From Chlorobiota bacterium (lineage in GTDB: Bacteria; Bacteroidota; Ignavibacteria; Kapaibacteriales; UBA2268): a stretch of 61,355 nucleotides of DNA. The notes beneath the pieces are model-generated. The model was not told the DNA's origin and did no database searches. It saw only the letters and a list, made by a program, of their open reading frames with translations. Position numbers and translations under genes: made by a program. The DNA is taken from assembly GCA_039810525.1 (NCBI GenBank), contig JBDHXE010000001.1, positions 1 to 61,355 of the forward strand, written 5' to 3'. Shown piece by piece: positions 37,764-46,937 of this stretch (its first letter is position 1; the number at the start of each line of letters is the position of its first letter).

Positions 37764-39071
37764 TTACATATCTTCTAAGCTATAACCAGCAAATTCTAAA
37801 TCATAGCCACTCAAATCGTCTTTTAATGATAGTGCTTTTGTTTTCAATAAATTAATATTTATCTTTGATTTATTTAATTTTACTTCAGCAATTAAGGCAC
37901 ACTTTTCTAATTCATTTATAGCTACAATATCTATTTCATTTCCTTTTTTATCCCAATAAGAGGATATCTGTGAAAAATTCCCCTTAGTGGCTAACTTATC
38001 TCTAAACCATTTCTCTAAAAAACGACCACTATAAGTATCAAAATCACGCTCAACTATATTTCTAAGATACATAAAATTGCCAATCTCTACAGCTGACGAA
38101 TGTCTATAAATAAATCTAAACCAAAAATTTAAAAAATTATCATTTATAAAGTATTTTTGATTCCTACTATTCTTTCTTGCAAAAATAGGTCTAACAGATT
38201 TTATAATATTATACTCATTTTCTAATTTATCTAAATAACCACCAATACTCTTTTGCAAAATAGATTCTATTTCATTACGAGAAGTTTTAGAACTTGCTAA
38301 TAAAGACAATATAGAAAAATAAATTGTATATTCTCGCCCAAACTCTTCAATCAATAGATTTTTACCTTCACTTAGCCATATTGAATTTTCTTTAAATATT
38401 TCATTTATAATTTGCTTATGTTCGAAGATATTTCTATCAATAAGAAGCTCAATATATTTTGCTATACCTCCACTAATAATATATAAAGTAAGCAAATCAA
38501 TATTTTTAAAATTGGGGTAATTATCTGTTAAAATACTTTTAATTGTTTGTATATCAAAAGGCTTTAAAAAAATTCTCTCATTAGCTCTACCAAATAAGGG
38601 TTCTTTTGAATTCTCAAAAATTTTGACCATTAAAGAATAAACTGATCCACTAATAATAAGGTGAATTTTGCTATTATTTTTATAGTTATCCCAAATTTTT
38701 TGCATTGAGCTGAAAATACTACTATTTATATTCATCAATTCTTGGAACTCATCTATTATTAGTGTAAAATGTTGTTTTATAGCTAATTGCATCAAAAACT
38801 CAAACAATTCACTGAAAGACTTAATTTCACCAAATACTTTTATATCTAATTTATTTTGTATCTCTGATATAAACTCATCACAAAGCAAAGTTTCTGACTT
38901 CCTAGATATAAATAAATACACCATTTTACGATTCTCAACAGACTTCATAATTAACGAAGTTTTACCTATTCGTCTTCTACCTGTTATGATAGTCATTTGA
39001 GCATACGATTCTGAAAGAAGTCGTGTCTTTTCTAATTGATCAAGTTCAATATCTCTATTATAAAATTTCAT
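37764..39071 (-). CDS. AAA-type ATPase (Arch_ATPase-like) with a C-terminal DUF234 / PD-(D/E)xK-like nuclease motif
   Basis: FYNRDIELDQL, Walker A ITGRRRIGKTSL and Walker B LIIDEFQ. The C-terminal GNEIDIVAINELEKCALIAEVKLNK gives a D...ExK pattern. Confidence 0.7.
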   Translation of the reverse strand: MKFYNRDIELDQLEKTRLLSESYAQMTIITGRRRIGKTSLIMKSVENRKMVYLFISRKSETLLCDEFISEIQNKLDIKVFGEIKSFSELFEFLMQLAIKQHFTLIIDEFQELMNINSSIFSSMQKIWDNYKNNSKIHLIISGSVYSLMVKIFENSKEPLFGRANERIFLKPFDIQTIKSILTDNYPNFKNIDLLTLYIISGGIAKYIELLIDRNIFEHKQIINEIFKENSIWLSEGKNLLIEEFGREYTIYFSILSLLASSKTSRNEIESILQKSIGGYLDKLENEYNIIKSVRPIFARKNSRNQKYFINDNFLNFWFRFIYRHSSAVEIGNFMYLRNIVERDFDTYSGRFLEKWFRDKLATKGNFSQISSYWDKKGNEIDIVAINELEKCALIAEVKLNKSKININLLKTKALSLKDDLSGYDLEFAGYSLEDM

Positions 39072-39100
39072 ATATTTATTGTAACAGTCATTACCGTAAT

Positions 39101-39163
39101 GGTGGTTGCGTTAATAACTTTATTTTTTCCTTTCAAACATTATGATTTTAGAAAATTTGAATT
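39101..39163. repeat. ~63-bp repeat family R2, copy B (copy C at 40086-40149; a 36-nt partial copy A at 37634-37669)
   Basis: ggtggttgcgttaataactttattttttcctttcaaacattatgattttagaaaatttgaatt compared with ggtgatggtgttaataactttattttttccctttcaaacattatgattttaaaaaatatgaatt. Confidence 0.75.
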
Positions 39164-39361
39164 GTTATTTTTTAGGACTTTAATAATAGATAATAAAAAA
39201 TTATTTACCTCTTCTGAGGTTTTAAAATACTTTTGCAGTTCGGGTACTAATTTTATATAACCATTTTCTTCAATATTTTCTCGATAATATTTGCCAACTT
39301 TTCCTTTTGAATAATCGAATATATATTCATCTCTAAGGTCATCTTCTAATTCCACGTTCAT
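39140..39361 (-). CDS. BrnA-like antitoxin (partner of the DUF497/BrnT toxin)
   Basis: 73 aa directly downstream of brnT. DEYIFDYSKGKVGKYY...LVPELQKYFKTSEEVNNFL fits the usual partner pattern (DFSKGKRG.., ..YFK.SE.VN..LR). Confidence 0.5.
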   Translation of the reverse strand: MNVELEDDLRDEYIFDYSKGKVGKYYRENIEENGYIKLVPELQKYFKTSEEVNNFLLSIIKVLKNNNSNFLKS

Positions 39362-39377
39362 AATCTCTTAACTCTTT

Positions 39378-39620
39378 TTAAGTTGCAAATCTTGCTGAAA
39401 TTATTCTAATTTTATTGTTTCTAATTGTAGTCGAAACAATTAATAATCTATTTTTTAAAGAATAACCTATTGTTAATTCTCTCATTTCTTCTAAAGAATG
39501 ATCGGGATCGTCAAACGTAACAGATAATGGATAATCAAAAACTGTAGTAGCTTCTTCAAAAGTAACTTGATGCTTTTTGTAATTTTTTTCTGATTTTACA
39601 ATGTCCCATTCGAAATCCAA
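39378..39620 (-). CDS. brnT: BrnT family toxin (DUF497)
   Basis: DFEWDIVKSEKNYKKHQVTFEEATTVFDYP...DPDHSLEEMRELTIGYS...IRIISARFAT, a strong DUF497 signature. Confidence 0.75.
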   Translation of the reverse strand: MDFEWDIVKSEKNYKKHQVTFEEATTVFDYPLSVTFDDPDHSLEEMRELTIGYSLKNRLLIVSTTIRNNKIRIISARFAT

Positions 39621-39677
39621 TTATCACCCTTCTTATATTTTTAAATTATTGAAACTCTTTTATTAATAGCTGTTGCG

Positions 39678-39971
39678 TTATTTATTGCATTTTTTTAATT
39701 TTAAAAAATACTGTTTAATAAAATTAAACTTTGTGTTTAACCTTTTTTTGCCTTCATATTGAACAGTCAAGTATTCCTTTACAGTTGAAATCTCATCGAG
39801 TTCTTCTTCTTTGAAAATATTATTTATGTGGAGGCTTATATTTTGTTTAGTTGATTGGAATAAATCAACCATCTGAGCTTGTGTAAGCCAAACAGTGTCA
39901 TCTTCTACCCGAACTTCAAGTGTTTTAGATTCATTTTCAAGTTCATATTTTATTAATTCTGAATTTATCAT
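39678..39971 (-). pseudogene. truncated RhuM-family gene (N-terminal ~75 aa only)
   Basis: VEDDTVWLTQAQMVDLFQSTKQNISLHINNIFKEEELDEISTVKEYLTV matches the RhuM N-terminus. The full family is about 330 aa, but this ORF diverges and stops at 97 aa. Confidence 0.65.
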
Positions 39972-39991
39972 AATTTAAATGTTATTGTAAA

Positions 39992-40057
39992 ATACCAATC
40001 ATCTAAATCTATCGAAAGGAATATTTTGTTCTGTTTAGTCATTATTCCTATATTTTC
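39992..40057. repeat. 66-bp direct repeat, copy 2 (orphan 5' fragment of the deacetylase gene)
   Basis: Same sequence as 37506-37571 with one G/C difference. It encodes MTKQNKIFLSIDLDDWY and then diverges. Confidence 0.9.
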
Positions 40058-40085
40058 AACTATTTATTATTCTCATTGATTTATT

Positions 40086-40149
40086 GGTGATGGTGTTAAT
40101 AACTTTATTTTTTCCCTTTCAAACATTATGATTTTAAAAAATATGAATT
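40086..40149. repeat. repeat family R2, copy C
   Basis: See 39101-39163. It lies 28 nt from 66-bp repeat copy 2. Confidence 0.75.
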
Positions 40150-40419
40150 TGCAATATAATTTTTCAAACTTTCCGATTTATCTTAGAGCGTATTTATACA
40201 ATTAAATTTGGCTTTTTATATGATTATGAACGGAACATTACTATTGATTTTATAGTTGTTAAATGAAACTTTTTTTTATAAGACAATGTATTATTTTACG
40301 GCAGAGCCCTTTCAGTCCCATTTCAATGTAAGGGTACTTAGCAGTATTGTTGCATTTGTACAAAAATAGTAATTTTTCTTAATATTCTATATTAATATAT
40401 ATTAATTTATATTAATTTA

Positions 40420-41226
40420 TTAGATTTTGTTAGATAGGTAGCTAAGTTGGTAAATCTTTTCAATAATTTTTGCAATATTTTTCCCCCAAATTGTAGAGAG
40501 TATTTGTAAGTCTTCTTGGTAACGAATATTGTTCATTATACCTGATGTGGTCTCAGAATCTTCGTGAATCCTATGATAGAGCAGTGGTTTGCTGATATAA
40601 TGGAAGCTACCATTGTATTTAGAGAGTCTGAGCCACGCATCCCAATCTAAGTTGATTTTAAAGTCATTGCTAAACGAAAAATCATTAATTTTATTCATAT
40701 TATAAGTTACGGTAGGGCAAGCAATTGGCGAACCTATAGATAGTATTATCTTTTTAATGAATTTGTTACTAATATTATTTTTGATATAGAATGGTGTAAG
40801 AATGATTTTTTTTATTAATAGATTAATATTGTTAGTAGTAAGATAATTATATTGTGATAATTCATAGTAATTAGTAAATGCAATTAAAAAATCTTTATTA
40901 ATATTAAGAATATTTTCAGTATAATCACTAAAAAATATATCATCTTGGTGAGCAAGAGTAGCATATTTGGTATTTATATTTCTAAGAGCAAAATTCCAAT
41001 CATCAGCAATTGAGCAATGCGGGGTATGATTGATTAATAGTGGTATAGAAAATTGATTAGCGATATTGGTTAGAAATTCAGATGAAGTAGAACTAGTAAT
41101 AATAATTTTGCTGGGATGAGTCTGTATTAATAATGAATTAATACAGTCTACCAAATATTTAGACTGTTTGTAAGCTAATATAGCGAAAGTATGTTGCATC
41201 AAGATATAAAATTTAATAATATACAA
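40420..41226 (-). CDS. family 2 glycosyltransferase
   Basis: FAILAYKQSKYLVDCINSLLIQT..., LAHQDDIF (DxD-like) and a typical size. The likely start is M10 (about 41199). Confidence 0.7.
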   Translation of the reverse strand: MYIIKFYILMQHTFAILAYKQSKYLVDCINSLLIQTHPSKIIITSSTSSEFLTNIANQFSIPLLINHTPHCSIADDWNFALRNINTKYATLAHQDDIFFSDYTENILNINKDFLIAFTNYYELSQYNYLTTNNINLLIKKIILTPFYIKNNISNKFIKKIILSIGSPIACPTVTYNMNKINDFSFSNDFKINLDWDAWLRLSKYNGSFHYISKPLLYHRIHEDSETTSGIMNNIRYQEDLQILSTIWGKNIAKIIEKIYQLSYLSNKI

Positions 41227-41236
41227 ATATAAAAAA

Positions 41237-41262
41237 ACTCCCGGTTTAACGGGAGTTTTTTA
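41237..41262 (-). terminator. Rho-independent terminator hairpin downstream of the giant T9SS gene
   Basis: actcccg-gtttaa-cgggagt stem-loop, flanked by an A-run on one side and a T-run on the other, 11 nt after the stop at 41273. Confidence 0.7.
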
Positions 41263-41272
41263 TAAAAATAAA

Positions 41273-44200
41273 TTATCTAATTACTATAAATGATTTAGTT
41301 TTTCTAATACCATCGCTTATATAGCTAAAATAATAGATACCTTGAGATAGCTTAGAAACATCTATAGTGTAAGAATTATCATTGTATTCGTAAGAAACAT
41401 TTTTAAGATAATCACCTTTGGAATCTATGATATCAAAATTAATAAGTTTTTGCTTTTTATCTAATTTAACATTGATATAATTAGTAGCTGGATTAGGATA
41501 AATACTAATTCCGTTGCCATTTTCTTTTAGGTTTTGAGCTATATTATCTTCATTTACTTTGGTAACACCCTGATGTTTGATAGCGCGTAGTACTAGATTA
41601 GCATTATCATTTCCAATTCCAACTCCATTCAAATAATTGGAGATATTTGAAGTAGTAGAATTTATGATTCTTTCTTGGCTAAGTATCATCAATGTATCAT
41701 TATAGTATGCTATATCGTAATCAAACATTGCTCTATTAGTATCACATATATATGGGCTATCTGTAATATGATTCCATTTAGATGGGTTATTGAAGTTGTT
41801 TAGTAAGGCATTTAGCTTTCTTACAGGGCCATACATTTCATTATTTTGGTATAAAATTGCTATTTTCCCATTATCACTAACTTCTAAATTAGGCTCTTTA
41901 ATTTCATTAAATGTAGTATCTACAACAGTTTCCAAAGTAGAATTATCCCAATCTCTAATGCTGGAATTCCATTTTAGCATTTTAATAGAAGTATTTGGTA
42001 ATATACCTTTGCTTACATCATTAGAATCAATCCTACCTTCAGTCCATAGCAACGCTCCATATTTATTATCGAAATCTTGGTCGATATATCCAATTTTAGA
42101 TCCATTAAGTTCATCGACTACTGTATAGCACGAAGACCAAGCGCCATCTTTATAAATTGAAGACATTATTCTTCTATTAGATTGATCTTTTGATACATTA
42201 ATCCAAGATAAGATAAGTTCACCAGTATTAGATTTACTAATTTTTTGGTCTATATCAGGTCCCTCTATAGTACCACAAATAGGTTCGGGGGTACTAGCTT
42301 GCCATTTATCAGATACATTGGATATAATTGAATAATTAAAATCAGATTCTTGATTTTTCATATCTACTACATTCCACACTATCATTGCAGTATTTTGATC
42401 AATTGCTTTGATTTCTGGGCTACCTTCGGTTCTACCAGAAGTTAAAGAAGTATTAATATCAGGAACTTGGGCAACAGTTTCCACTGAATCATTAGTAATA
42501 TTATAGATAGCATACCAAATATCTTGACCTTTTATGAGTTCATTCATTAGATCGAAACCTTGCTTATCAGTTGGAATATTAGTTTGATTAAATCTATTTT
42601 TAACAAAAGTAATAATAATTTTATCATTAGATAAATAGTCAAATTTTGGAGTATTAATATTTTGATTACTAGAGTAAATAAATTTTTTAAATACAAATTG
42701 GCTATTATCTTTTGAGTTTTCAGAAAAAACAATAGTACTATAACCTGTTTCTGGATCTTGCTCTAGCCAAATCATACCCGTCTTATTATCTATAGTCTCA
42801 AAATCTGGTTGCGGATATACATCTCTTGCTTGTGGCAACCAGCTATCGTCTGATTCGTCAGCTACTTTGCCGAGAATAATATCAGTTTTTTTACTATCTT
42901 TCTTGCTCTTTTCATAAATCAGATTAAAGTCTCCTTCATCACCAAAAATTCGAGTATGGTAAAGCATAGATTTAGGTTTAATTGGTATATGAATTAAGCC
43001 GAAGAATACATAAGCATCTACTCTCCAGAATAGTGCAAAATCTTGATCATATAATAACTTACTATCATATTCATTATATAACTTGGCAAAGGTAAGTGGA
43101 AAATTGGTCAATAAGCTAATGGTTACTTTACCAATAGCACCAAGTGCTAATTCGGCAGACAGAGAAAAATCAAGAGCAAATAGACCGCCATAGGCATTGT
43201 AAGATGCGGTATTTACAGCATCTCTTCCATCGGGACCTGCTTTTAATTCTAGAACACCCAAAGATTTTAAATTGCCAAGTGAATCAGATGTAAGATTTTT
43301 TCTTTCGGCTGTATAGAGATCTAACCCCATCTTAAAACCAAATACAGGTCGTATTAGAGCTGACCACGGAGCTAATCCGTCAGATATTGCAGCATTCATA
43401 GCTTTGATAGCTGCATCTATAGCAGGTATATTAAATCTAACTCCGATAGCATATTTAGCTTTTGTTTGAAGGTTTATTAAATTATTTGTGTCGATAGATG
43501 CTTTGTAGAAATGTTGCATGTCAAATGTTGGTTCAAAACCCCAAGCACCTTTGAGAGCTTCTTTGTTAGAAGAAGACATACCTTTCAAAACTTCGTTGTA
43601 TTCGTTTACAAATTTATAATTAGGATCATTATCTACTTTGGAGAATTTATCTTTAATAGTTTTCAAAGCTGACAATTCAATATTTGCTACGGCAGCTTGG
43701 TCATTAATATCGCCAGTTATTCTTAATCTTCCTGTAGATTTGCTATATCCAATAGGTACACTAAGCAGTCCTGCTGCTTTTAAAATGTTACCACCACCGA
43801 CAATTGGTATAAACGAAGGTATCTTTAATTCATTCACTAATTCAAATGTTTTAGTTACTGTTAAGAATTTTAAATTAAAATCTACCGAATCACTTGTTTC
43901 ATTCACATTTTCAAACATAGTTAGTGATGGGTTATTCATCCACAAAGGTCTAGTCCTAGTTATTTCAATTGGGTAAATAGTTGGATCTATATTAGGTGTA
44001 GTTTTACCTTGCAACCATTGACTTATTTGAAATTTAGAAAATGGTGGTCTTAGGTTAGCCATATCATAATTCAATTTCCAAGTTCGGAACAAAATAGGGT
44101 CTTTAGTAACATTAACTTTATCTAAATTATACCCACTATTATCATAGTATTGTAAATTAATCTTCTCTACCAAATCACCAACATTTTGTAAAACTATTGT

Positions 44201-46861
44201 CTGATTGTCTATCATAGTATTAGGTGCGATGGATTGCAAAAATGGTCCCTGTTTGTAAGTAACCAATGGCGGTGGAAGCTCTCTGGTAAAAAATGGTGTT
44301 TCAGAATAGAATGGATTAGTATTATTGTTGGTATTATAAACAATTATTTGTAAAGAGGAACCGGGGTCAGCAGTACCTAATTCTATATTGCTTCCTACCC
44401 ATAGTTTAGAAGAATCTTGTATATCTCTCTGCATAGTTTCAATTTTAGTTTTTACCAAATTGCCATTTTTATCTTTGATATGTAAGTATAATTGATATAC
44501 ATTTTTATTTTTGCTTTTTAGCTTGAATTCAACTTGAACATTTACATTTTGTGAAACCCCTTGCTGGAAATAACCTAACCCATTAGTGAGGCGTAGTTTA
44601 AATGTATTAGTATCAATTTCATTTGTAAAAGTTTTAGCATAATTTAAATTAATAGAATCTACTTTGTAGGAGTATGGGATGTCTGGTCCACCAAAATACT
44701 GAGGAATTATATTTAAATAATATTTACCTGCTTGCAAATCTTTGACATTAAAAATATAATTAAAAGAACTTTGATATAAGATTTTGCTCCAACTAATAGC
44801 TCCATTTACGGTGCCATTATTATCACCATTATAATCTTTAATTGTAGATTGCCCTACATCATTTAATTTCCACCATATAGCTTGCAAACCTGCTGTTTCT
44901 GTATTAATGGCTTCAGACTTTCTTACAATATTCATAATATCTGAATATGACAGTGCTTTGTTAATAAATCTAAAATCAGATAATAGCCCTGTATAATATT
45001 GGTTAGCTGGATAAAAAGGATATGTAGGATCTATTCCTAAAGGAAGATTACCTTTACCCAAAGTAATATAAGGGTTGAAATTACTTTGAAAGATAGAAGA
45101 TGTATCTAAAATAGACTGAACTAATCCCCCATCTATATATATTTCTAACTGATTGTTTGTAATAAATTTATTATCCTTTTTCCTAAATACTACTGCTAAA
45201 TGATGCCATTTATTAAAATTATAACGAGCCAAAGTGTTACCAATCTCTCGTATTTTAAAGTTTTTATCATAAATAGCATAAGCTACGAAACCAGAATCAG
45301 TCATAAAGATATTAATATTAGGAGTCATTGAAGAGTCAGAAATATTCATAATAGTGCCACCTTTGTTGCTAGAAGTATTGAACCAAGTCATTGCAGTAAA
45401 TTCACTAATATTAGCTATTTTGGGGGACTTAATAGAGGTATTATTGTTATTAAATATAGCATAATAATCATAAGGGGCTTTGTTAGCATAAATAGTATCG
45501 GTAGCAACTACTTGATTGATTGAATTAGTAATATTAACAATAGAGCGTATGGTCATTTCAGGTAAATTGAAAACTCTCCAATTGGGATAGAAGTCAAAAT
45601 AACTATTTACAATAAGGTTACTTTCTTTATACACAGGTTCTACTTTTGGTGGTGGCGGTAAGAGAGTAATAGCAACAGATGTATCTAATCCTCCTTCTGG
45701 TGCACCCTTATAAAAAGTTAAAACCCGCAAGCCTTTTACTTGGTAAGATAATGATAATACATCATAATTAAAATCGATTAAATTACATTCGCAGAAATTA
45801 TCATAATGAGGAACTAATGTAGTATCAAAATAAGAAAAGTTATTATTATCTATCCACGAAAGCTTGACCGAATCGGTATTTTTGGTGCTTGGCTCGACTT
45901 TGATATCTAAATTATATACTCTTTTATCATTAGAATCTGCTTTATCTCTTACAATATATTGACCTAAGGCAGATGGTGATATTCTTGGGAATTGGGGTAG
46001 TGCAGCAATATCATGGAAATAATTTAATCCATTCACGGGAGTACCCAATGCTTGAATTTTCATATTTAATCGCTTTGCTTTTAAATCTAAATTCCTCATA
46101 TTTAGAGAAGAAGAAGTAGCACTAACTAATGGTCTATTATTTACACTTTTTACAGTATCTACCCAGATTATAGTAGAATCAACATCGATTATAGAATATA
46201 TGACTTTTCTGGTTTGTGGAGGCAAATCACTTGGAGTAAATTGTAAATTATAAGCATTATCTATTATCTTCCAAGGATTTGAAATATTATCATTAAAGTC
46301 ATAAGCATTGCTTGTAGCTTGCCAACTATCAGTACTAAGTAGTTGTATATCAGGTGGTAATATTTTAAGTGGATATGTAAATATAGTACCATCTTTGTAC
46401 CCGTTTTTGTAAAATACACGAATACCCACTTTTGAAGATAATTGCAAAGATAATGTATCTAAATAAACTGTCCATTTCACTTTATCTACAAAGATTTTGC
46501 CTTTATCTGGAGTCTTAGTAAATGTATCGCAATGCAATATATTTAAAGTATCAAAGTAGCATATATTATTATCATTAGCATCTGTAAAGCTAACAATAAC
46601 TTTTAATGTTTGAGCTGGTAATGAATCTATGGTTAATGTTAGAGTAGTAGTAGTATCACCTAATTTATAACTATTAAAAGCTTTTAATTGATTTTGATAA
46701 GAATTGTCACCTTCTACGTAATTCTGTACTTCTCTTTCTATTATCAAATTTGGCTTGATAGGTGTTATTTTAATATCTTGAATCAAAGATAATCCATTTG
46801 TGGGCCCATTTTTATAGTATATCTGTATCTTAAACAATGAATTAACTGGAAAAACACCCAT
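41273..46861 (-). CDS. giant secreted surface protein, C-terminal 1862-aa part: repeat modules, LamG domain, unknown central domain, propeller-like region, T9SS C-terminal sorting domain
   Basis: C-terminus ISIYPNPATNYINVKLD...LSQGIYYFSYISDG..KTKSFIVIR (Por_Secre_tail type). LamG-like FTAMTWFN...WHHLAVVF...LEIYIDGG...LLSDFRFINKALS. There is no signal peptide at the called start. Confidence 0.8.
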   Translation of the reverse strand: MGVFPVNSLFKIQIYYKNGPTNGLSLIQDIKITPIKPNLIIEREVQNYVEGDNSYQNQLKAFNSYKLGDTTTTLTLTIDSLPAQTLKVIVSFTDANDNNICYFDTLNILHCDTFTKTPDKGKIFVDKVKWTVYLDTLSLQLSSKVGIRVFYKNGYKDGTIFTYPLKILPPDIQLLSTDSWQATSNAYDFNDNISNPWKIIDNAYNLQFTPSDLPPQTRKVIYSIIDVDSTIIWVDTVKSVNNRPLVSATSSSLNMRNLDLKAKRLNMKIQALGTPVNGLNYFHDIAALPQFPRISPSALGQYIVRDKADSNDKRVYNLDIKVEPSTKNTDSVKLSWIDNNNFSYFDTTLVPHYDNFCECNLIDFNYDVLSLSYQVKGLRVLTFYKGAPEGGLDTSVAITLLPPPPKVEPVYKESNLIVNSYFDFYPNWRVFNLPEMTIRSIVNITNSINQVVATDTIYANKAPYDYYAIFNNNNTSIKSPKIANISEFTAMTWFNTSSNKGGTIMNISDSSMTPNINIFMTDSGFVAYAIYDKNFKIREIGNTLARYNFNKWHHLAVVFRKKDNKFITNNQLEIYIDGGLVQSILDTSSIFQSNFNPYITLGKGNLPLGIDPTYPFYPANQYYTGLLSDFRFINKALSYSDIMNIVRKSEAINTETAGLQAIWWKLNDVGQSTIKDYNGDNNGTVNGAISWSKILYQSSFNYIFNVKDLQAGKYYLNIIPQYFGGPDIPYSYKVDSINLNYAKTFTNEIDTNTFKLRLTNGLGYFQQGVSQNVNVQVEFKLKSKNKNVYQLYLHIKDKNGNLVKTKIETMQRDIQDSSKLWVGSNIELGTADPGSSLQIIVYNTNNNTNPFYSETPFFTRELPPPLVTYKQGPFLQSIAPNTMIDNQTIVLQNVGDLVEKINLQYYDNSGYNLDKVNVTKDPILFRTWKLNYDMANLRPPFSKFQISQWLQGKTTPNIDPTIYPIEITRTRPLWMNNPSLTMFENVNETSDSVDFNLKFLTVTKTFELVNELKIPSFIPIVGGGNILKAAGLLSVPIGYSKSTGRLRITGDINDQAAVANIELSALKTIKDKFSKVDNDPNYKFVNEYNEVLKGMSSSNKEALKGAWGFEPTFDMQHFYKASIDTNNLINLQTKAKYAIGVRFNIPAIDAAIKAMNAAISDGLAPWSALIRPVFGFKMGLDLYTAERKNLTSDSLGNLKSLGVLELKAGPDGRDAVNTASYNAYGGLFALDFSLSAELALGAIGKVTISLLTNFPLTFAKLYNEYDSKLLYDQDFALFWRVDAYVFFGLIHIPIKPKSMLYHTRIFGDEGDFNLIYEKSKKDSKKTDIILGKVADESDDSWLPQARDVYPQPDFETIDNKTGMIWLEQDPETGYSTIVFSENSKDNSQFVFKKFIYSSNQNINTPKFDYLSNDKIIITFVKNRFNQTNIPTDKQGFDLMNELIKGQDIWYAIYNITNDSVETVAQVPDINTSLTSGRTEGSPEIKAIDQNTAMIVWNVVDMKNQESDFNYSIISNVSDKWQASTPEPICGTIEGPDIDQKISKSNTGELILSWINVSKDQSNRRIMSSIYKDGAWSSCYTVVDELNGSKIGYIDQDFDNKYGALLWTEGRIDSNDVSKGILPNTSIKMLKWNSSIRDWDNSTLETVVDTTFNEIKEPNLEVSDNGKIAILYQNNEMYGPVRKLNALLNNFNNPSKWNHITDSPYICDTNRAMFDYDIAYYNDTLMILSQERIINSTTSNISNYLNGVGIGNDNANLVLRAIKHQGVTKVNEDNIAQNLKENGNGISIYPNPATNYINVKLDKKQKLINFDIIDSKGDYLKNVSYEYNDNSYTIDVSKLSQGIYYFSYISDGIRKTKSFIVIR

Positions 46862-46937
46862 ATCATAACTAATACTTGCTTTTAGTCTATTACTATTAAA
46901 AGTGGCAGTTAATGAATCATATTTATTTCCTAATCTA

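Noticed and set aside
37506-40057. Classifying the repeat-bracketed insert as a defined mobile element (IS, transposon, integron cassette or integrative island).
   Set aside because: No transposase, integrase or recombinase gene, terminal inverted repeats or attC-like structure is visible. Only the direct repeats and foreign cargo are seen, so it is reported as an insertion footprint and not as a named element.
40150-40419. A noncoding stretch of about 270 bp with a locally GC-richer patch (about 40295-40345, ggcagagccctttcagtcccatttcaatgtaagggtac), considered as a tRNA fragment, att site or small RNA.
   Set aside because: There is no T-loop (GGTTCGA-type) or acceptor-stem pattern. Only a weak ccctt/aaggg pairing with a long loop is present, there is no flanking integrase, and I cannot support any RNA family by eye.
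586-41226. Long N-terminal extensions in several ORF-track calls (586..1164, 3514..3972, 5281..5772, 16062..17018, 40420..41226).
   Set aside because: The extensions come from the most upstream start candidate, which I confirmed as TTG for 586..1164 and 3514..3972. Internal ATG codons give N-termini that match paralogs or families and remove overlaps with upstream genes, so the extensions are probably not translated.
41227-41272. An invertible-promoter style switch (inverted repeats flanking a promoter) at the head of the polysaccharide locus, as in Bacteroides capsule loci.
   Set aside because: The only inverted repeat in this 46-nt gap is the terminator hairpin of the upstream gene, and no recombinase gene or longer flanking inverted repeats were found.
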